Below are positions 56,850 to 64,000 of a stretch of DNA of 64,000 nt, piece by piece. This DNA is from an uncultured Nitrososphaerales archaeon (lineage in GTDB: Archaea; Thermoproteota; Nitrososphaeria; Nitrososphaerales; Nitrososphaeraceae). The DNA lies in NCBI GenBank assembly GCA_963709405.1, contig CAVPXM010000054.1, positions 1 to 64,000 on the forward strand, given 5' to 3'. Below the pieces are notes generated by a model. It ran no database searches. It worked only from the letters and a program-made list of their open reading frames with translations, and was not told the origin of the DNA. The translations under genes were made by a program, and so were the position numbers. How positions within the stretch are numbered: the first letter of the stretch is position 1; the number at the start of each line of letters is the position of its first letter.

Positions 56850-57689
56850 ATCGTTAGGCGTACATACCTATTATACACTATAAACTGTGGATTACAAGTG
56901 AATAGACTCAAGGGGCTCAATGGTATTTCTTATTTAGCTTTTCTTTTTGAGATGTCATTTCATATCTCTATTTTCTGATCAATTGTCCGTTCGTATTATA
57001 GATGTCTCCTGTCAAATGTAATTCAGCTGCATTTATAGACATATAATAAAAAGTATTTATCCTAGCATAAAGGTACGTATGTATGTATTTAACTAATATT
57101 ATAACTAGACCTCTTTATCAATATAAATATCAATTTGCTATTTGTGAATCATGTTTTTGGTGTCCAACTGTATTTCATACATCAATAATAAAACAAGAGT
57201 AGGAAGAATATGTTTACCAAAGGAGCGGAACTTACGATCGTCTGGACAACAAGACGGTTTTAATTAGTCTATAAATGGACATAGACAATTTTGACTGAAG
57301 ATGATGTAATTGAATATTTGTTGCTATAGTCGCATCTACAGCCTCTGTGAACGTCACGTCGAGGTTGGATTCATTTTTACATCCACCAAATAACTCAGTA
57401 CATTTATGCCATCCGTGTTAGGGTGTCAATAAAACCCTCTTGCTTAGGATTATCTTCTATATCTATGAATAGGTGTCGAAGTAATTTTTCGACTCTTATC
57501 TTTGCCAAAATTATGCTTTCCCTGTTCGTAATTACAATCAGGGATCCTTTGCTTATGTCTTGCCGCATGCTTCCCATATAATACCATCATTAGCACAGTT
57601 ACTGTTACTGTTACAAAATTAGGTCTCATTTCTTGACGTGTGTTAGCTCGTAATGTTGAATCTCTTCTACACCAATTAAGATAAGTTCA

Positions 57690-58275
57690 TTTTCCGAGTA
57701 CATCAGGATTGATCAGTTGATCGTTTCTGTTACCCAATAAATCATGATATTGGTGAGTAATTCGTCTTTTGTAAACCTGTTTTCAATACCGCCCTGCAAT
57801 CGCTCCAAGCATAGAACTTTTCGACAATCCACGATACCAAGCCAGCTGGAGAATCGTTCAAGCCTAACACGATATATCCTTAATCCTTACTTATGGAAAT
57901 GGCCCTTATTATCGGCCATTTTTACTTTGAGCAACCATTCCGCCCAGCGACCGTCCGGCAATGATGATTTTTGTCAGCTTTAAAACCTCCGCAACATCTT
58001 TGACATCTTTGACATCTTTTGCCATCGATAAAATATCTGTTGCGCATGAACCTGTTGATAATCCAATGCCGTTGTAGTCGATAGTTATGACATTGGACTT
58101 TGAAGCTAAAGCGTCAAGGAAGCATGGATCCCACGTATCTTAATTTCCTCGAAATCGATTTACCATAATAATAGGCAAACCTTTACCAATCGAACGATAA
58201 GCAATTTTTCTGGCTGCCGGTTTCAACAAACTTCGTCTTTGTATTAACAGCTTCTAAAGAAGAATCGACATCCAT
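57690..58275 (-). pseudogene. Alpha/beta hydrolase remnant
   Basis: AYRSIGKG, WDP, GIG.STG, LGW motifs spread over several frames. Confidence 0.65.
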
Positions 58276-58429
58276 TGGACCGTCGCTGGGATTTATTATT
58301 TTGTTTTTCACGCTTATAATAATAAGTAACTAAGTAAATAAATCAGAAAGTTACAATTATGTAGTATACATACCAAGTGGTAACCACTAATTTAATATAC
58401 CCAGTTTCACTACAATTGTAGGTTACAAA

Positions 58430-58660
58430 ATGTCAGAAGATGCAGTGGTTGACTGGGAATCCATTATCCATAAGAATGTAAGATCCAAGGACGGCCAAGA
58501 TGCTGGAAATGTGGATGCAATAGAAGGAGGTACAGTAGTAATTACAAGTGAAGGAGACCGCAAAGAATACAATCTACCAAAATCGCAGGTAGAAGGATAT
58601 GATGGTGCAGAAGTCTCTTTGAAAATTACTTTCGGAGAATTAGAGAAATATAAAGTTTAA
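58430..58660 (+). CDS. Small acidic PRC-barrel-like hypothetical protein
   Basis: HKNVRSKDGQDAGNVDAI...YNLPKSQVEGYDG. Confidence 0.75.
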   Translation: MSEDAVVDWESIIHKNVRSKDGQDAGNVDAIEGGTVVITSEGDRKEYNLPKSQVEGYDGAEVSLKITFGELEKYKV

Positions 58661-58801
58661 ACTGCAGATTTCCAAGCTTTTTTTATCTTTCCTTTTCCAT
58701 CATTTTCTTGTTTTTCTGATCTGATTATAATATGTAAAGTCTATGAGAGTAGTTATGCTTTTACGAATTGCATAACTACTGGGACCAACAAAAAGTATCA
58801 C

Positions 58802-59098
58802 CTAACTGTTATTGTCTTTCAGCCTGGGCATAAACTCTAATTCTACTCCAAGCTCGTCATTATAATCAAATGTAAATGATTTATTTGTCAAGATAGGAAG
58901 ACTAGATAATTCATTATTATTTGCATTACACTGAGGACAGTTATTATGTGCTGGTATTCTAGTCTTATCAAAATAGGTTGCACACCAGTAACAGGTGTCA
59001 CATAAAATGAATTTTGGTGGTGATGATAGACAGCGATCTCTTGTTTTAGCAATTGAGCTTTGAGGTTCATAATTAGTTAGAGTTGAGCCTTTTAACAT
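58802..59098 (-). CDS. Small CxxC...CxxC protein
   Basis: LCDTCYWCAT, CPQC. Confidence 0.7.
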   Translation of the reverse strand: MLKGSTLTNYEPQSSIAKTRDRCLSSPPKFILCDTCYWCATYFDKTRIPAHNNCPQCNANNNELSSLPILTNKSFTFDYNDELGVELEFMPRLKDNNS

Positions 59099-59322
59099 TT
59101 ATTGCAAAAAATGCCAAATAATGGCATATAAATTAATTGTATAGAGTCTATGTGATTCAATACTGCAGATAGTGATCTATATACCATCACATCGTTAACC
59201 AGTAACATTCAATTTCCGAAAAAGAAGTCTAATGATTCTTCTCATTATTGAACGGCTAAACCAATCACTTTTCCCAGTCGCAAACTAAGCACGTTTCCAT
59301 TGGCAATAGAGGTATAATTACT

Positions 59323-60360
59323 TGTTGTACTTACACAGATAGGTTACATTTTTGATTACCTACATGGGTTACACTTTGCTGCTTGTTATTGTACATACTG
59401 TGGATGTAATTAATTCTTTGTAGAAACATCTCTGATGGAGTAAGACCATTAATCCCTCCGTGTTCTCTAGTTTCGTTGTAGGCTTTTACAAAGATATCAT
59501 ATCTTAGTTTTCCATCATTTATGTTTGGTATATCTTCTATTGCTAGGAACTCATTCTTCACTATCTTGTTATATGCTTCCACTTTACCCTGAAGCTGCGG
59601 ATAGCGATTTGGTATTCGTTTATCCTTTATCTGATTGTGTACAAGGAAATGTCTGAATATGTTAGATGTAAACTGCTTTCCACTATCATGCATTACTCTA
59701 TCAGGTTTGCCGTTGATCACTATCCAATCCTCTAATACATTAAGAACATCTACTGACCTCTTCCTTTCAGACCATCTGCTAGCTACTTTTCTTGAACAGT
59801 CGTCTAGGCAGCTAATGATGTAATTCCTTTGACTAGAATTACTCAGATAGAAAGGGCCAAGGATATCCATCTGTACCATCTCATTTGGATGCTTCATGAC
59901 AAACCGTTTGTAAGTTCTTGTTTTGGCCTTACACTTGAGGATATTAAGCCCATGTCTCTTTAGTATCTTGTATATGGTTCTGGTGCTTAATGAGATTCCA
60001 ATAACCTTTCTCAATCTAAACTTGATCCTGCTGTACATCCAAACCTTTTGGTTAATCGTAGATCAAGTATTGTCTCCTGTATTTCAGATGTTATCTTCTT
60101 GTACTTGATATTATGAGGTCTTCTTGAGTTATCGGATAGACCTTCTATCCCTTTCTGTTTGTATCTGTTATTCCACTTGTAGTAAGTCTTTCTGGATACA
60201 CCGTATCTTTTACAAATATTAGATACTGTATCACCAGTCCATTCTTTCTCATGTGTTAGATTAAACCTTGTATTGATTTCTATATGGATTCACTTCCTGA
60301 CAGCAGAAGTGTAACCCATCTGTGTAAGCTATAATGTCACCTATGTTAGGAAGTACAACA
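59323..60360 (-). mobile_element. IS481-family element, full length, transposase frameshifted
   Basis: TGTTGTACTT...AAGTACAACA ends; 6-bp TSD ATTACT at 59317-59322 and 60361-60366. Confidence 0.92.
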
Positions 60361-60978
60361 ATTACTACATAAATAAATTCGAACGCTTTATAGTTCTTCG
60401 TTACATAGGAAAAAGATACGTGCGTGGTGGCACGGATGGTGAATTACCGATTCTCCAGTGGTAGGGCTCCCTCGTCCTGGTACTGGAATCTGTGTATAAA
60501 TCTTCCAGAAAAAAGTTAAGCTCTCTACGTTCACGATCTTCTTTAAAAACAGAATCTCATTTTCCCATCTACAGATGCTTCTAAATGACGTACATTCAAA
60601 GATTTGACGGGCTAGGTTTCAAAACTGGAATGAAATTATGTGAATGGGCTATTCATTTAACGATTTGTAATTGCTTGTCATGATAACCTATCCACAAACT
60701 AGGCATGTGTCCACACACTCCCACCAACCATAAAATTGGCTTTTGGACATACTTGTCAATCAGCGACAAATACTGCTTTGTTGCATAATTCAGAAAGATC
60801 GTCATCTTGCAATGCTTTTAGTACTTCTCAGGAATAGGCCAAATGCGGATTACTCCTTTTTAGCTGAATGTTTCAAAGTTAGTTGACTAATATCGGATTC
60901 GTGCATCTATGTAAAAGTCCCTCCATGGCTAGCATATCCTACTATTATCTAATGCTGCCTAGACCAGTCTTTATTATC

Positions 60979-62042
60979 TTAGTGTTGGATCCTCTTAAGT
61001 TTTGTTTCGTATAGGCCAATCTTTCTTTCATTGTATAGTTTCTTGTATGTTAGCATATGCCACATTATAGTGCATATCTTATTTGCAACATGTGTTATTG
61101 CAATGTGACGCCCATGTCTTTTGGCCAGCCTTAGATAGAATTTCCTTAATCTACTGTCAGTTCTAGATGCAGTATTGGCTGCTTCAATTAATATCCATCT
61201 TACCTTTTTATTACCATCTTTCATCCTTCCCATATACAATGGGTTTCCAGATTGATGTACTGATGGACATAATCCAGCCCATGATACAAGTTTTTGAGGT
61301 GAACTAAATCTGTTAATATCGCCAATTTCAGATGATATCATCATTGCAGAGAAATAATTTATTCCTGTCATACTCATCAATATTTTAACTGATTCATTAT
61401 TTGATGCGTCTATCCTTTCTTTGATTCAATATTTTTGATCTCTGTAGTAAGAAATTCAATCTGCTCAATGTACTCATGCAGCAAAATCTGGTCATTGCCA
61501 GTTACTTTTAGATCCCTTAGCCATTGTAATCCCTTTATTCCAAATATCTTGGAATAATTAAAGTTCATATCATCATATTTATCAAGTAATGAATGTGTTC
61601 TATTAATTACTCTGGTTCTATCCTGTACCAAATTTGTTCTTAGCCTGAGTAATGACCTATCTCCTCTAGTCTCTCTGTCTGCAATGTAACATTCAGCTAC
61701 AACAAGATCTGATCTAAGTAGATGTGCAAGTGTTCTAGCATCAAGTTTATCGGTCTTTATTATTCTTGCCTCAGCAATGGCCTTAGTTTTCAAAGGATTA
61801 GCCAGTTTAACATCAATATTATGTTTCTCAAATGCCTGGTATGTCTTTAGCCAAAGGTTACCTGTAGATTCACAGACTGCTTTAGACATACCATCACCAT
61901 GCTTCCTCTTAATGGATGAAGCAAATGATTCAGCTTGTTCCAACGTATTATTGTAATTGGTTTCTTTGATTATGGAACCATTCGAATCCATTATACAAAC
62001 TACACAATTCCGTTTTCCAATATCTACTCCTATATAGTTCAG
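60979..62042 (-). pseudogene. IS110 DEDD recombinase, frameshifted near 61415
   Basis: YIGVDIG, VCES, KTDKLDA; SWAGLCP...QSG in the second frame. Confidence 0.9.
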
Positions 62043-62109
62043 TGATCCTTTCTTTTTCCTATGTGGTATCCTCTTTTCTCACCTCCTTCTCTTTTTTTCA
62101 GTATGGATA

Positions 62110-62225
62110 GCTGGACTAAGCTGCATACATCTATCAGAGCTCGAGGCTCACTTTGACAGGAGCTTGTAGGTACGCCCCATTCAACAGACTAGACCTATGT
62201 GGTCATGCACGATGAGGGGTCAGCT
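62110..62225 (-). ncRNA. Putative bridge RNA of the second IS110
   Basis: Loop CCCC..UCGUGCAU-GACC/GGUC-..UGUUGAAU-GGGG matches both flanks; second loop AUAGAU matches the element end. Confidence 0.75.
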
Positions 62226-62849
62226 AACCATATTGATTATAGAGGGCGACTTTTACATGTCTTTCAACAAAGCAACAAATACGACAGATTAAAATGGCTA
62301 TGGTTGGAATATTTGACGTCTCCTTAATTATAGATGTAAATTTCATATTTTTGTATCAGATTTACGTGTTCTAAACACAAACTTCAATCCCCAGAAGAAT
62401 TTGGATCGCAGAGTTGGAATCATACCTAGCGTGCCGCGATTGCTGCGGGCCGACACATCATATCTGATATTCACCACTAGCTATATGATGACATTGTTTA
62501 AGTTGGACTTACTGTTGCGTAACGGATAGACAATGAGAAATCAAAATTTAGAAAGATCTTTAAGTTTGGGTAATTCAATGACGAAGTTAATCTACCATCA
62601 CCTATCTGCTTGTCATCACAAAGAATTTTTGGACATTTCTTAAAATTATCTCAGAAATTACTATATTATTCGTATATGCACTTGATCTTCAGCTTTTAAT
62701 AATGCTAAGTCCGTAGTTATTGCATCTTCTATATCATTAATTGATCCATGTATAATAAATTTATAGGCCTTTGCACTTTTTGTGTTAGATGTGTATCACT
62801 ACGATCCGTATAGAAAATCCGAATCTCCCTTGAGGCCCGGTGGCATAAG

Positions 62850-62940
62850 CTCGCCGATTGTTCCGACAACGTATTCATGGTCGATTTACAGAATAATCGA
62901 ATACAAAAGTTCACACACACAAATAATGGTGGTTTTATAA
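62850..62940 (+). pseudogene. NHL-repeat remnant
   Basis: DCSDNVFMVDLQNNRIQKF. Confidence 0.5.
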
Positions 62941-63159
62941 CGAAGTGTTTTTTCTGCAATTAATCGTTTTCGACATTTTGATTTATCTGCCTGATAAAGG
63001 AAGATACTGAATCACGATTTACATATTCTGATTTCATTTGTGACAAATAATCAGTTATTATTGTCTACTTGATAGATGATAATGTTGATCCTAACAACAC
63101 TATAGATCTAATAATCTATATTGGTAGTGCCTATTAAAGTCGTTATGATATTCTAATTT

Positions 63160-64000
63160 ATGGAGATCAAACTAGATGATAAAGATAATTCAAAATGGTT
63201 GTCAAGACCAGACTCTAATTTGCAACCTCAATCTCAAAAATATAAAACACAGCAGAATATGAATTGTTCGCACAAAGATAGTCCAGATAATGATATTACT
63301 TATCATGACTATGTTGATAATAATAATACCAGTTGTTCCCTTTGCAAGAGTACGGCCACTATTTTTGATTCTAACACTGGAGAAATCATATGCAGCATTT
63401 GTGGAATGGTGATTCATGATTATATGGAATCTCTTGAGCCTGAATGGAGAAACTTTTCAGATCGTGGTATGGTGGAAATAAGCAAAAAAATTAGAACTGG
63501 CAGGCCGATCTCTCTTGCTCTTTATGATAAGGGCTTGTCGACTCATATATCATATTCAAATGTGGATGCAAATGGTGATACTATAAATCCAATACAAACT
63601 CCCATAGTAGAGAGAATTCGCCGTTGGGATAAGATCTCTAGCTTTAATAATAACAGTTCTGCCAGAAACCTGAAATATGCATTTGAAGTTATGTCAAGAA
63701 TTAAAGACAAGCTATCTTTAACTGATGCGGTAATAGAGAAAGCTGCATATTTCTATCGTAGAGCTCTCGTTAAGAAATTAATACAAGGCAGATCGATCGA
63801 ATCCATGGTCGTTGCTTCCGTATATGCTGCTTGCAGAAAATTAAATGTTCCACGAAAGCTTGATGAAATATCCGGAACCATAAATGATGATAAGGTATTT
63901 GCAGGTAAATGTTATCGTCTGCTATTAAGAGATCTAAAGATTCAAAATATTCCGATAATAGATTCAACCAACTATCTGTCCAAAATTGCAAGTAAGGCTA
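63160..64000 (+). CDS. tfb: Second TFB paralogue, running off the window end (absent from the ORF track)
   Basis: Open frame from ATG 63160: CSLC...GEIICSICG, PEWR, RNLKYAF, IEKAAYFYR, IQGRS, YAACR. Confidence 0.93.
   Translation, partial: MEIKLDDKDNSKWLSRPDSNLQPQSQKYKTQQNMNCSHKDSPDNDITYHDYVDNNNTSCSLCKSTATIFDSNTGEIICSICGMVIHDYMESLEPEWRNFSDRGMVEISKKIRTGRPISLALYDKGLSTHISYSNVDANGDTINPIQTPIVERIRRWDKISSFNNNSSARNLKYAFEVMSRIKDKLSLTDAVIEKAAYFYRRALVKKLIQGRSIESMVVASVYAACRKLNVPRKLDEISGTINDDKVFAGKCYRLLLRDLKIQNIPIIDSTNYLSKIASKA

Larger units (their letters stand above)
60907..62263 (-). mobile_element. Second IS110-family element with a 5' non-coding region
   Basis: 11-bp sub-terminal IRs atgtaaaagtc (60909) / gacttttacat (62248). 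Confidence 0.85.

Noticed and set aside
57994-58020. Three copies of ACATCTTTG
   Set aside because: Slippage inside a hydrolase pseudogene; no functional indication
1-64000. CRISPR array or cas genes
   Set aside because: No regularly spaced 25-40 bp repeats with unique spacers, and no Cas-like ORFs seen

Overview
AT-rich archaeal DNA, most consistent with a soil ammonia-oxidising archaeon (Nitrososphaeraceae). Evidence: two TFB paralogues, an AbrB-PhoU regulator, an XPB/Rad25 helicase, an intron-less tRNA-Gly(CCC), and MEDS, PsbP-like and cupredoxin proteins. A conserved core (XPB, AbrB-PhoU, tRNA-Gly, TFB, pstSCAB-phoU, sixA, CHAD) is surrounded by decaying accessory DNA with many pseudogenes and at least 11 IS copies or remnants (IS1595, IS5 x2-3, IS481 x3, IS630 x3 nested, IS110 x2). 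The strongest unexplained signal is in the two IS110 elements. Each carries a non-coding double-loop region whose internal-loop segments match its own insertion-site flanks and element end, which is a readable archaeal bridge-RNA architecture. One guide of the intact element points to an internal site rather than to the element end. A second signal is a phosphate/polyphosphate module (pst-phoU, Lys-rich coiled-coil protein, SixA, small Zn finger, CHAD) marked by a shared, roughly 10-bp-phased CTATATAG-like upstream motif. All calls come from reading the sequence; no database search or folding computation was run.
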